Source: an uncultured Gemmatimonadales bacterium (GTDB lineage Bacteria > Gemmatimonadota > Gemmatimonadetes > Gemmatimonadales > GWC2-71-9). From it: a DNA stretch of 64,000 nucleotides. Of this stretch, positions 22,397-32,538 are shown in pieces. The stretch is from NCBI GenBank assembly GCA_963795085.1, contig CAWCFX010000001.1, forward strand, positions 576,001-640,000. Reading direction: 5' to 3'. Position numbers and translations under genes: made by a program. Each line of letters starts with the position of its first letter. The stretch's first letter is position 1. Below the pieces are notes generated by a model. That model worked only from the letters and a program-made list of their open reading frames with translations, ran no database searches and was not told the origin of the DNA.

Positions 22397-25018
22397 TCAC
22401 CCCCGGAGCGAGGCGAGGCGTTCCCCGGCGGCCTGCCGGTAGATCAGCTCGATGGGCGACCGCTCCGCGATGCTCGCCAGCCACCCCCGCGCCTCCTCGG
22501 CGCGGCCCAGGGCGAGCAGCGCTTCGCCGCGGACGAACCGGTCATAGGCCTGCGAGAAGAAGGGCGATCCCACCGTCAGCTGGAACCACACCTCGGGCCG
22601 CATCGACTCCAGCGCCCGGAGGGTGCCGCTGGCGTCCCCCCGGCTCCAGGCCATCGCCGCCCGGAGACTCACCGCCAGGTTCGCCACCGAGGCGGTGCTG
22701 TGGACCGGGACGTCGAGCGCTTCGAGCAGCGCGAGATGGTGGCCCGCTTTCGCCGCGTCGCCGATCCGCGCCGACAACAGGCCGGCCAGGTATTCCTTCA
22801 CGTGGGCATGCAGGCCGTTGTGAATCGCGAACGGGAGGTTGTGGCTGGCCCGCACCGACCCGGCATCCCACCCTTCCAGCTCGGCGAGAATGGCGAGCAC
22901 ATCGTCCCGGTCCGGGTCCAGGAACGGAAGCACCGCGAACAGCGCCCGCACTTCCAGGGTCCAGGCCGGTTCCAGCGGCCGGGCCAGCGCCAGTTGGGCG
23001 CGGGCCTCCTCCGGTCGGCCCAGGGCGGCCAGGACATGGGCCAGGCCCAGGTGGGCGAGCGCCCGGGCGTCATCCGGCGGCCTGGTATCCAGGAACCCGC
23101 GGACCAGCTGCTCCGCGCCCGGCAGGTTGCCGGAATAGAGCGCCACGTCCGAAAAGGCGATGCCGATCGTCAGCGTGCGGGCCCGGAACAGCTCGGCCGT
23201 CACCGTGGCGATCGCGGCCGGGTCGCGGCGGGCGAACGCGGCCAGCGCCCGCATCGGCAGCGCCCGGTCGCCCTGCGGGCTGAGCGCCACCACCTGTGCG
23301 ATCAGCCGGTCGCGCTCGGCGTCCCGGCCTTCGAGGCAGGCGATCCGGACCAGGTGAACCAGCGTGGTCACGTGCTCGGGATCCAGCGCCAGCGCGCGTT
23401 CAAAGGCCCGCCGGGCCTCGGTGACGGACCGGCCCCGGAGCGGGTTGAAGTGCATCTGCAGGTCGCCGAGCAGGAACCAGGCTTCGATATCGTCCGGCGT
23501 GTTCGCGACGATGGCCTGGTAGAGGTTCTCCGCCTGCGCCGCGGAACCGGAGAGCCAGGCGCGCTGCGCATCCAGCAGCAGCCGGTCCCGCGGGGCCAGG
23601 CGGTCCCGGTGCTGGTGGGCGCGCTTGGCCGCCTCGCGGGCCAGCTCCGGCATCGCGCTCGCCGCGGTGGCGGCGGCCAGCCGGTAATACGCCAGCGCGA
23701 ACCCGTCGTCCAGGCCGACCGCCTGCTGAAACGAATCCATCGCGTCGAAGTACCGGGCCGCCCGGAAATCGTGCTCGCCCCGCAGGTAGGCCTTGAGCGC
23801 GGGAAGCGACGCGGTCGTGAGCGCCGCCAGCCGGCCCACCCGCCGGCCGGTGTGACCCAGTTTGCCCGCCAGCAGTTGCCGCGCGAACTCGTCCACCAGG
23901 GTAAAGATGTCGGCCTCCGCGCCGCCCCGGGTTTCCGCGGTCGCCACCAGTTCGCCGCCGGCCCGGTAGAGCGTGCCGTTGATCTGGATCTGCCCCGCCG
24001 CCTCCACCACGCTCCCCAGCAGGTAGAACCCGGCCTCGAACCGGCCGGCCACGGCGGCCCCGGTGGCCGGCGCGGCATCGGCGATCTTCTCGTGAGACAG
24101 GTGCGCCAGCAGGGCGCGGGGATCCACGGTGCGCAGGTCGCCGGCGCCCTCCAGCTTGGTGCTCATGAGATCCACCATGCCCTCGCCCAGGTAGGCGAGG
24201 GCGGCCGAGCCGCGTACCGTGAAAGGCAGCACGGCGATGGTGCGGGCGCCGTGCTGATCGGTCGGGAGGGAAGGAGCGGCCGCCTTCACCGGGGCCGCCG
24301 CCTGCCGCGCCCGCAGCTGGGCGATCAGCCCACGCGTCTCCGGCGACGGTTCGATCTCGTACGCCTCCACCAGGCGGGACGCGAGCCCCTCGTACGCCTG
24401 GATCGCGCCGGCCCGGTCGCCGGACTTCTCGAGCAGGCCGGCCATCCGGCGAAAGGCCGCCTCGTCGAACGGCGACAGCGTGGCCAGCCGCTGGGCCCAG
24501 GAGGACGCGGCCGGAAGGTCGCCCCGCCGCTCCGCCTCGTCGGTGAGGGTCTTGAGCGCCGCCGCGGCCCGGTCCCGGAGCCGCACCCGCTCCAGGTCCA
24601 GCCAGCGCTCGAACTCCGGCGCCTGGGTGACGAAGAATCCCTCCAGCAGGTCTCCCTGGTAGAGCGTCACCGCGCCGGCGGGGTCTCCGGCAGACAGTGC
24701 CGCCTCGAAGGCCGTCGCGTCGGCGGCGAACCCCTCCTCCGCGATGGCCAGCTCCTCGTCCCCCCGCCCGACGATGACCGAGTCGCCCAGCGCCTGCCGC
24801 AGGAAATACAGCGCCCGCCGGAGCGCGGCCCGGGCGTGGCCCTGGTCCAGCTCCGGCCAGAAAATGCCCAGCAGCGCATCCCGCCGGTGAAACCGGCGCG
24901 GGGTGCTGAGGGCGAGGTAGGCGAGGAACGCCAGGCGCTTGGGCTGCTTCAGGACGGCCCGGACCTCGGTGCCGTTCTGCCGCAGGTCCAGCGTACCCAG
25001 CGTGCGCAGTTCGATCAC
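22397..25018 (-). CDS. BTAD/SARP-like transcriptional regulator with TolB-N-like and TPR regions
   Basis: LRTLG..QPKRLA.LAYLA, LRRALYFLR, LYQGDLL, PFDE, IAVLPF. Confidence 0.85.
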   Translation of the reverse strand: MIELRTLGTLDLRQNGTEVRAVLKQPKRLAFLAYLALSTPRRFHRRDALLGIFWPELDQGHARAALRRALYFLRQALGDSVIVGRGDEELAIAEEGFAADATAFEAALSAGDPAGAVTLYQGDLLEGFFVTQAPEFERWLDLERVRLRDRAAAALKTLTDEAERRGDLPAASSWAQRLATLSPFDEAAFRRMAGLLEKSGDRAGAIQAYEGLASRLVEAYEIEPSPETRGLIAQLRARQAAAPVKAAAPSLPTDQHGARTIAVLPFTVRGSAALAYLGEGMVDLMSTKLEGAGDLRTVDPRALLAHLSHEKIADAAPATGAAVAGRFEAGFYLLGSVVEAAGQIQINGTLYRAGGELVATAETRGGAEADIFTLVDEFARQLLAGKLGHTGRRVGRLAALTTASLPALKAYLRGEHDFRAARYFDAMDSFQQAVGLDDGFALAYYRLAAATAASAMPELAREAAKRAHQHRDRLAPRDRLLLDAQRAWLSGSAAQAENLYQAIVANTPDDIEAWFLLGDLQMHFNPLRGRSVTEARRAFERALALDPEHVTTLVHLVRIACLEGRDAERDRLIAQVVALSPQGDRALPMRALAAFARRDPAAIATVTAELFRARTLTIGIAFSDVALYSGNLPGAEQLVRGFLDTRPPDDARALAHLGLAHVLAALGRPEEARAQLALARPLEPAWTLEVRALFAVLPFLDPDRDDVLAILAELEGWDAGSVRASHNLPFAIHNGLHAHVKEYLAGLLSARIGDAAKAGHHLALLEALDVPVHSTASVANLAVSLRAAMAWSRGDASGTLRALESMRPEVWFQLTVGSPFFSQAYDRFVRGEALLALGRAEEARGWLASIAERSPIELIYRQAAGERLASLRG

Positions 25019-25150
25019 GATCGCTCCGCGGAGAACGTCAGGTCACACCCGGGGGACGGCTGGGCCACCGGGGGCCACGAGGTTTACACCCATTCACTGC
25101 ACGGGCCAGACGGCTGGAAGATAAAGCAGGCGGCAACCGGGAGGCATCGC

Positions 25151-25663
25151 ATGTACGGAATTCTTGGGGCCACGCTCCTCATGGCGGCGGCGATGGCGGT
25201 CCGCCCGGTCCAGGCGCAGGCCGCCCCGATTCCGCCCGGCACGGCCTGGGGCCTGACGGTGGACCGCTTCTCCATGGATGGGTCCGCCCTCCCCGCGGGG
25301 ACCTTCCACGTCTCCATCCTGCGCCCCAACCGCGTGACCCCGGAGTTCAGTCTCTCGCTCTTTCCCGAGGGCCTCTCTGAAGGAGTGGTTGTCACCAACC
25401 TGGATATCGGCGGCGCGCTGAATGTTCCGATGCCGGGGGCGACGCTGCTCCTTCGCGGGGGCGTGAGCGGGCTGTTCGGATTCGGGCGGGGTGGGGCAGC
25501 CGCCCTTCCCGGCCTGCATTATGGCGCCAGCCTGCTGGTAAAAATCCATGGGAAGACCGGCATCCGGCTGGACGTGGTGGGCCGGCACTATCTGGCGCTC
25601 TACGACCCCACGTCCGCCCTGCTCACGCTCGGCGTGGGCATCACCGCGCTTCCCGCACTCTAG
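25151..25663 (+). CDS. Hypothetical exported (possibly outer-membrane) protein
   Basis: GGAGG RBS, AQA signal peptide, beta-strand pattern. Confidence 0.6.
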   Translation: MYGILGATLLMAAAMAVRPVQAQAAPIPPGTAWGLTVDRFSMDGSALPAGTFHVSILRPNRVTPEFSLSLFPEGLSEGVVVTNLDIGGALNVPMPGATLLLRGGVSGLFGFGRGGAAALPGLHYGASLLVKIHGKTGIRLDVVGRHYLALYDPTSALLTLGVGITALPAL

Positions 25664-25687
25664 CATCGCGATCACTGGAGGCATGCC

Positions 25688-26251
25688 ATGACGACCCACG
25701 CCTTGCCAGAACCCGCCGAGGGCTACCGGGCCTTTCCCAACGTCGAGGCGAGGAACTTCACCCAGGAACGGATCGAGATCCCGCTGCTCTGCCTCCTCCT
25801 CGACCTGCCCCTGGGCGCCCGGGTGCTGGAGGTCGGCTGCGGCCGGGGCATCGGGCTCCCGGCGCTCTCCCGGCGCCTCGCGCCGCGGTCCCTCACCGCG
25901 ATTGATATTGACGAGGTGATGGTGGCCGCCGCGACGCTGCACGCGGAGTCTCGCGGCATCCCGGCCCTGGTGCGGCAGGCCGACATCCGCGCGCTCCCCT
26001 TCGGCAACGCCGCGTTTGATCTCGTGGTGGATTTCGGCACCTGCTACCACATCACCCATGCCGAGCGGGCATTGCGGGAGATCGCCCGGGTCCTGGTCCC
26101 CGGCGGCTTTCTCGTGTACGAGACCCGTGCCGGCCAGCTCCTCTCCCACCCCATCCGCTCCCTCCGCCGCCGGCTGCCCTGGCACCGGGTCCCCGATCTC
26201 CGGCGCGACCGCCACGCCGGGCTCTGGGCCACCCGCCGAAAACAGGGGTGA
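25688..26251 (+). CDS. Class I SAM-dependent methyltransferase
   Basis: VLEVGCGRG, LPF..AFDLV, EIARVLVPGG. Confidence 0.88.
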   Translation: MTTHALPEPAEGYRAFPNVEARNFTQERIEIPLLCLLLDLPLGARVLEVGCGRGIGLPALSRRLAPRSLTAIDIDEVMVAAATLHAESRGIPALVRQADIRALPFGNAAFDLVVDFGTCYHITHAERALREIARVLVPGGFLVYETRAGQLLSHPIRSLRRRLPWHRVPDLRRDRHAGLWATRRKQG

Positions 26252-26306
26252 GAACCAGTCTTTGGGTCCGTGATCGACTGTTCCCACGGCAGTACAGTTC
26301 GCTCGG

Positions 26307-27227
26307 TTACCGGCCACCCGCCGCCACCGGCCGCCGCAGCGTGTTCACCGCGGCCACCACGACATCCGGCCGCTCTTCGTGAAGAAAGAGACCCGCCCCG
26401 CCGATCCGGCTGATGGCGAAATCCGGCAGTTGCCTCGTCAGCAGCTGGACCTCGTCCGGCTTGATGCCGCCCCCGTGCTCCGCGAGCCCGATCAGCAGCC
26501 GGACCGGGAGCCGGATTCGCGCCAGGTTCGGTTCCAGTCGCTCCGCCTCCCTGGCATCCGCCATCCGGAGGTAGGCCTTGAGGGTCCCGTCCAGGTCCCG
26601 CTCGTGGCCCGTCATGTATCCGTCAAGGACTTCCTCGGTCACCCAGCTGGTGTCCCCCGATTCCGCCACCAGCTGCTCCCGCATCTTCTTCCGGACCAGC
26701 TTCACCCCGCCGAACAGCTTGACGAAGGGGACCAGGCGCATGGCGCGCCGGAATCCCGGCGTCGCCGCCCGTTCGGCCGGCCCGCCATCCAGGGAGACCA
26801 GCGCCTTCACCCGCCCGGGGAAGCGGTAACTCAGCCGCAGCGCGATCGACGCGCCCACGGCGTGCGCGACGACGATCGCGTCGGCCAGGTCGAGCTGCTG
26901 CATGGCCCGGCCCACCCGGTCCGCCTGTGATGTCAGCGAGTAGTTCGAGCGCTCGGGCCGGGAGGACTCGCCGATGCCCAGCGGCTCGATCACCACGGCG
27001 CGGTACCCGGCGCCGACGAGCCGGGCCCGCAGCGTGCGATAGCCGAACGCCGAGCCGACCATGCCGGGAATCAGCACGACCGGGTCTCCCTCGCCTTCGA
27101 TGGTGACCCGGAGCGATTCGCCGGGCGCCACCACGACGTTCAACGTCCGCGTTGTTTCCGGGGCGCTGGTCTGCGGGGCCAGGGCGACGGGCGTGAGTAG
27201 CAGGACGCCGAGCTTATACGACAACAT
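26307..27227 (-). CDS. Alpha/beta fold hydrolase (nucleophile elbow reads AHAVG)
   Basis: G.GDPVVLIPG, G.GES.RP, HEERP. Confidence 0.8.
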   Translation of the reverse strand: MLSYKLGVLLLTPVALAPQTSAPETTRTLNVVVAPGESLRVTIEGEGDPVVLIPGMVGSAFGYRTLRARLVGAGYRAVVIEPLGIGESSRPERSNYSLTSQADRVGRAMQQLDLADAIVVAHAVGASIALRLSYRFPGRVKALVSLDGGPAERAATPGFRRAMRLVPFVKLFGGVKLVRKKMREQLVAESGDTSWVTEEVLDGYMTGHERDLDGTLKAYLRMADAREAERLEPNLARIRLPVRLLIGLAEHGGGIKPDEVQLLTRQLPDFAISRIGGAGLFLHEERPDVVVAAVNTLRRPVAAGGR

Positions 27228-28692
27228 GGTTTCTCCCTGGAGTGAGGGCCCGCGATTGCTTCGCTGCTGTTCCCGGCCGCCACGTCAGTCTGCCGTCTAT
27301 GCCTTGTGGAACGGGAACCTCCAGCCAATGGAGCATCGAAGGGAAGAGATCAGCGGTTCGGAACACTCGCCGTCCCACCGGCTCGCTCGACCAGAGTGGG
27401 GTCTGCATGTGCGACCGGACAAGGCTCCCGTGGCCCGACCGATGCCTTGGCACCTCGAACCGTTCCCGGAGGTCATACCCCTCATTGGCAACCACCACCA
27501 TGTCTCCCGTCCGCGGAGACCGGAACTGATCGAGCAGTTGCACTGCCACGTCGGGATAGGGGCTGTCCCAACTTCGGCTGAGCCACTCTTCCTCGGTGGC
27601 GCTTATCGAACCACCCAGGAGCAGGACATCACCCTGCCGGGGCACGTAATGGATCCGGCCGTCCTGCCTCCACACGTCGGCCTCACCGCCGCGGCCGGTT
27701 ACCCTGATCCCGCCGGCTCGGTCTTCTCCCGCGATGAAGGCCACCGCCGGTTCCTGTGCCAGGGCCGCGACGAGGTCTGCCTTGGTCCCGAACGCGTCCG
27801 GCTGCCGGAGCCGGTCGAGCGGCCAGCGGCCTTCTCGAGGTCTGGACGGCTGGGCGTAAACCATCGCCGAACCGTTTCCTGCCACCATCACGGCGGCGCG
27901 CGGTTTCCGTGTCCACAGGACCGGATGGGACAGGGTCGGCACATCGTGCTCCCTGAACCATAGTGCCAGGTCCAGGTGAGTGTACACTGGGGCACTGCCG
28001 TGGTCACTGACCAGGAGGATAAGCGTCTCCTTGAGCTCACCCCGCCGTTCGAGCGCGGTGCGGAGCCGGCCAACCGTCGCATCCACCTTGCGAAGCGCTC
28101 GCAACACCCTGGGCGAGTCCGCCGTTCCGCCGTGAGTGTAGCCGTCGACGGCGGGAAACTGGGCGAAGATGAAGCGCCACGGCCGTTCGACTTCCCGGAG
28201 AAGGCGGGCAGCTACCATATCGTCCCCCGGCTGATGCCAGCCGGTGTAGTGCGACACCGCCCCCCAGAACTTCCGGGCACCGCTGGCCGCGTCGCGTCTC
28301 GCGTCGAGCCCCCGGGTGATCATGGAGAAAATTGCCACGCTCTCCGGGACCAGCTGGAAGATGGTGCGAACCTCCGGAGCGATGTCCTCGTCCAGCTTTC
28401 CCGCCTGGTATCCGCAGTAGCTGCGAACGCAGTCCCGGTCCCGCCACCAGCGGCCGCCATATCGGCGTCGGTCCAGCCATCGGATCGACGGGATATTGCA
28501 GGACCCCGGCGTGCAGCCGGTGAGAAATGGGAGATACGCCACACTGGTCGTGCTGGGAAAGACGGTGATGGCCCGGGCGGTGTCGCCATTTCCGACCATC
28601 GCTCCCAGGTGGGGCAGGTTTCCCGCCGCGAGGTCCTGTTCGGCGACATCAGGCCGGAGCCCGTCCACCAGTAGAAGGATGCACCGTCTCAT
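27214..28692 (-). CDS. Alkaline phosphatase/nucleotide pyrophosphatase superfamily protein
   Basis: LLVDGLRPD, FPSTT, DGYTH, VSDHG, SGHGS. Confidence 0.85.
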   Translation of the reverse strand: MRRCILLLVDGLRPDVAEQDLAAGNLPHLGAMVGNGDTARAITVFPSTTSVAYLPFLTGCTPGSCNIPSIRWLDRRRYGGRWWRDRDCVRSYCGYQAGKLDEDIAPEVRTIFQLVPESVAIFSMITRGLDARRDAASGARKFWGAVSHYTGWHQPGDDMVAARLLREVERPWRFIFAQFPAVDGYTHGGTADSPRVLRALRKVDATVGRLRTALERRGELKETLILLVSDHGSAPVYTHLDLALWFREHDVPTLSHPVLWTRKPRAAVMVAGNGSAMVYAQPSRPREGRWPLDRLRQPDAFGTKADLVAALAQEPAVAFIAGEDRAGGIRVTGRGGEADVWRQDGRIHYVPRQGDVLLLGGSISATEEEWLSRSWDSPYPDVAVQLLDQFRSPRTGDMVVVANEGYDLRERFEVPRHRSGHGSLVRSHMQTPLWSSEPVGRRVFRTADLFPSMLHWLEVPVPQGIDGRLTWRPGTAAKQSRALTPGRNHVVV

Positions 28693-29321
28693 TCGGTAGC
28701 TCCCTCGACCGCCGGCACCCCGCTGCCACGGTTCATCCGCCGCGCCCCCCGAATTCCCAGCAGTAGGAGCCCCAGGCTCGCCACCGCGATCCACTCCCCC
28801 GGTATGGGGATGGACCAGCCGAGGATCGCGAGCCAGGCATAGCGTCCGCCCCGGCCGAGGATCACGCTGGTCTGGTACTTCCACATCGGGTAGCCGGAGA
28901 GGCTGGCCAGCACCCGCATGGGATAGTGAGGGATGATCGGCAGGATGCAGGTCCCCACCAGGGTCAGGAAGGGAGCCTTGCCGTACGCATTGAGGGCCCA
29001 GCGAGTGAGCGCGTGGTTACGGAATCCCGCCGTACTGTTCCTGGCCAGGAGGCGGCCCAGCAGCTCCATGTTCCACGCTTCGACGATTACGGTACCGAAG
29101 ACGCCGACCAGGACGACCAGCCAGATCGCATGATACTGGCCCAGGGCGATGACGTAACCGTCGAAGGGAAGCGGAGCGAGCGAGTTCCCGGCGAACGAGT
29201 ACGGCAGATAAAACCAGAGCCACCGGTAAGCGGGGTCCAGCAGCGCGGCCAGAAGCGAAACGGCGGTGAGCGTGGCCATGACTGCCGGCCACAGCCAGGT
29301 GGAACGAGGCGAAAAGGTCAT
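28689..29321 (-). CDS. DedA/VTT-like membrane protein
   Basis: Hydrophobic, LPIIP..MR.LA...Y, GR.GRY. Confidence 0.6.
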   Translation of the reverse strand: MTFSPRSTWLWPAVMATLTAVSLLAALLDPAYRWLWFYLPYSFAGNSLAPLPFDGYVIALGQYHAIWLVVLVGVFGTVIVEAWNMELLGRLLARNSTAGFRNHALTRWALNAYGKAPFLTLVGTCILPIIPHYPMRVLASLSGYPMWKYQTSVILGRGGRYAWLAILGWSIPIPGEWIAVASLGLLLLGIRGARRMNRGSGVPAVEGATE

Positions 29322-29425
29322 GAGCAGTCACTTCCAGGACAGGGGATGTCCGTTGCGACACGTCAACGGTCGGAACCCCCCGTGATCCCCGTGTGCTCTG
29401 GCTGTGACTTGCTTACCTTTTCCTC

Positions 29426-29704
29426 ATGGCTACCGTCACGCTCGAAACCGTCGCCCGTGCCCGCTGGCGCGTGGCGCTCACCCTTGCCGCCGGCATGGTG
29501 ATTCTCTACTTCGGGTTCATCGCCCTCATCGCCTTTGCCCGCCCGCTGCTGGCCCGCCAGGTCCTCCCCGGCCTGACCCTGGGCATTCTCCTGGGCGTGC
29601 TGGTCATCGTCATCTCCTGGCTGCTCACCTGGTACTACATGCGCTGGACCGCCCGGCACTACGACCCGGCGCTCCGCGCCCTCAAGGAGCAACCCCCGGC
29701 GTGA
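29426..29704 (+). CDS. DUF485 (YjcH-like) membrane protein
   Basis: Two TM helices, Y..W....YD; directly upstream of actP. Confidence 0.85.
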   Translation: MATVTLETVARARWRVALTLAAGMVILYFGFIALIAFARPLLARQVLPGLTLGILLGVLVIVISWLLTWYYMRWTARHYDPALRALKEQPPA

Positions 29705-31263
29705 TGCCCTCCCTGCTCCTGGCCCAGGCGGCGCCACCCGCCACCGCTATCGGCCAGACCAACACCGTCGCCATCGCCTTCTTCTTTCTCTTCATCTCCG
29801 TCACCCTCGGCATCACCTGGTGGGCCGCCCGCCGCACCCGCACCACCGAGGAGTTCTACGCCGCCGGCCGCAGCATCAGCCCGGGCCAGAACGGCCTGGC
29901 CCTGGCCGGCGACTACATGTCCGCCGCCTCCTTCCTCGGCATCGCGGGGCTGGTCAGCACCACCGGGTTCGACGGCCTGATCTATTCGACCGGCTGGCTG
30001 GTCGGCTGGCCCATCGTGCTCTTCCTGGTCGCCGAGCCGCTCCGGAACCTCGGCAAGTACACCTTCGCCGATGTCGTGGCGCTCAACCGCCGGCCCGGCC
30101 CGGTCCGGCTGGCCGCCGCGCTGGGCACCCTCTCGACGGTGATCTTCTATCTCATCGCCCAGATGGTCGGCGCCGGCGGCCTGATCAAGCTGATGTTCGG
30201 CCTGAGCTACGAGGCGGCGGTGGTCATCGTCGGGGTGGCGATGATCGTGTACGTCCTCTTCGGCGGCATGCTGGCCACCACCTGGGTCCAGATCGTGAAA
30301 GCGGTGCTGCTCATGGGGGGCGCCCTCCTGCTCACCCTGATGGTCCTGGCCCGCTTCGACATGAACCCGCTGGCCCTCTTCCGCGCCGCCGCCGACCGCT
30401 ACGGCGCCGGCGTGCTCTCGCCCGGCAAGCTGGTCACCAGCCCGATCGAGGCCTTCTCCCTCGGCATGGCGCTGATGTTCGGCACCGCCGGGCTGCCCCA
30501 CATCCTGATGCGGTTCTACACGGTGCCCGATGCCACCGCCGCCCGCCGCTCGGTGTTCTACGCGACCGGCCTCATCGGCGCGTTCTACCTGATGACGTTC
30601 ATCCTGGGGTTCGGCGCCATGGTGCTGGTCGGCCCCGAGGCGATCACCGGGGTGGACAAGGGCGGCAACATGGCGGCGCCGCTCCTCGCCGAGTTCCTGG
30701 GCGGGACCCCGCTGCTCGGCTTCATCGCCGCGGTGGCGTTCGCCACCATCCTCGCGGTCGTGGCCGGCCTCACCCTCTCCGGCGCCGCCGCGCTCAGCCA
30801 CGACATCTGGGTCAGCGTCATCAAGAAGGGAAAGGCGGAACCGGCCGCCCAGCTCCGGGTCGCCCGGGTCGCCACCCTCTGCCTCGGCGCCATCGCGGTG
30901 GCGCTGGGGATCACCTTCAAGGGGCAGAACGTGGCCTTCATGGTCTCGCTCGCCTTTGCCATCGCGGCGAGCGCCAACTTCCCGGCCCTGATTCTCAGCA
31001 TCTTCTGGCGCAAGACCACCGGCGCCGGCGTGGTCGCCAGCATGGTCGTCGGCACCGTGGCCAGCCTGCTCCTGATCTATCTCTCGCCCACCGTGCAGGT
31101 GGATATTCTCCACCGGGCCGGCGCCCTCTTCCCGCTCAAGAACCCCGCCATCGTCACCATCCCGCTCTCGTTCCTGGTCGGCATCACCATCTCGCTGGTC
31201 ACCGGGCAGCACGACACCGAGTCGGGGTTCGACAGCCGGATGGAGAAAACCCATATGGGGTGA
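29704..31263 (+). CDS. actP: Cation/acetate symporter (SSS family)
   Basis: QNGLALAGDYMSAASFLG, AEPLRNLGKYTFAD, GTAGLPHILMRFYTV. Confidence 0.92.
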   Translation: MPSLLLAQAAPPATAIGQTNTVAIAFFFLFISVTLGITWWAARRTRTTEEFYAAGRSISPGQNGLALAGDYMSAASFLGIAGLVSTTGFDGLIYSTGWLVGWPIVLFLVAEPLRNLGKYTFADVVALNRRPGPVRLAAALGTLSTVIFYLIAQMVGAGGLIKLMFGLSYEAAVVIVGVAMIVYVLFGGMLATTWVQIVKAVLLMGGALLLTLMVLARFDMNPLALFRAAADRYGAGVLSPGKLVTSPIEAFSLGMALMFGTAGLPHILMRFYTVPDATAARRSVFYATGLIGAFYLMTFILGFGAMVLVGPEAITGVDKGGNMAAPLLAEFLGGTPLLGFIAAVAFATILAVVAGLTLSGAAALSHDIWVSVIKKGKAEPAAQLRVARVATLCLGAIAVALGITFKGQNVAFMVSLAFAIAASANFPALILSIFWRKTTGAGVVASMVVGTVASLLLIYLSPTVQVDILHRAGALFPLKNPAIVTIPLSFLVGITISLVTGQHDTESGFDSRMEKTHMG

Positions 31264-31345
31264 ACAGCACAGCACTCAGCACTCAGCACTCAGCACTCAG
31301 CACTCAGCACTCAGTCAGCTCAGTACCAGTCAGACTCAGCACTCC
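31264..31345. repeat. Heptamer tandem repeat (CAGCACT)n
   Basis: Direct reading, ~7 perfect plus degenerate units. Confidence 0.95.
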
Positions 31346-31366
31346 CTCTTCCCGGGTCCCTGAATC

Positions 31367-32465
31367 GTGCTTACGCCCGCGCAGTTCCCTGACCTGACGC
31401 CCGAAATGCTGGCCAGCGTCCCGGTAGAGCGGTCGGACACCATTCCCTCCGCCTGGTACACCGATCCCCGGTTCCATGCGCTGGACATGGCGGGGATCTT
31501 CGCGCGGAGCTGGCAGGGGGTGGGGCACGTGTCCCAGCTGCCGCGAGCCGGGGTGTTATCTCCTCGCCGAGGTGGCGGGGGACCCGGTCATCGTGGTGCG
31601 GGGAAAGGACGACGTCATCCGGGCGTTCTATAATGTCTGCCGCCACCGGGGCGGGCCGCTGGCCACCGAGAACGGCTGCGTCAACGCGCTCAAGTGCCGC
31701 TACCATGGCTGGACCTACATGCTGGACGGCAGCCTGCGCGGCGTCCCCCAGTTCGACCGGGTGGAGCTGTTCGACAAGAAGGACTTCGGGCTGGTGCCGG
31801 TGCGGGTGGAGGTGTGGGAGGGACTGGTCTTCGTGAACCTCGATGCCGGCGCGGGCCCGGTCACCGGGATCCTGGCCGGCATCCGGGAGCGGATCGCGCC
31901 GGTGGACATGTCCCGCTGGACCTTTGCCCGGCGGGTGGAATACGAGGTCCGCTGCAACTGGAAGGTGTACGTGGACAACTTCCTGGAGGGGTATCACGTG
32001 CCCCACGTCCACCCCGAGCTCTTCCGGGTGCTGGACTTCCAGACCTACCACACGGAGGTCTTCGAGCACTACTCGCTGCAGTCGAGCGAGCTTCGGGCGG
32101 GGGACAGCGTTTACAGCGCCGACGGCGGCAACGCCTGGTATTACTGCATCTTTCCCAACTACATGCTCAACATCGTCCCCGGCCGGCTGCAGACCAACCT
32201 GGTGCTGCCGCTGGCGCCGGACCGCTGCCGGGTGGTCTTCGAATACTTCTATGCCGACCCCGACCCGGCCAGGGTAGAGGCCGACGTGGCCTACAGCGAC
32301 GTGGTCCAGCGGGAGGACATGGAGATCTGCGAGCGGGTCCAGCGGGGGCTCTCATCCCGGGCCTACGACCGGGGCCGGTTCTCCGCGCAGTACGAGGAGG
32401 GGGTGTACCACTTCCAGGTGCAGCTCAAGCGGGCGTACGCGGCGTGGCTGGAGGGGCGAGGATAA
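31367..32465 (+). pseudogene. Rieske aromatic-ring-hydroxylating oxygenase alpha subunit (choline monooxygenase-like), +1 frameshift near 31542
   Basis: N-terminus (TIPSAWYTDP) in one frame; NVCRHRG, CRYHGW, NWK..DNFLEGYHVP.VH in another; may be a sequencing error. Confidence 0.8.
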
Positions 32466-32538
32466 GGGCGCGCCGCAGCATGGCGAACCCGGCGCGGGTG
32501 GGAGGGAACCCTGACGGCCCTTCTGTGGTATAAGGGTC

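Noticed and set aside
17999..25663. Very long antisense/overlapping ORFs (17999-21043, 21289-23283, 22700-25663 and similar elsewhere)
   Set aside because: Shadow frames of GC-rich genes; only 25151-25663 of the last looks real
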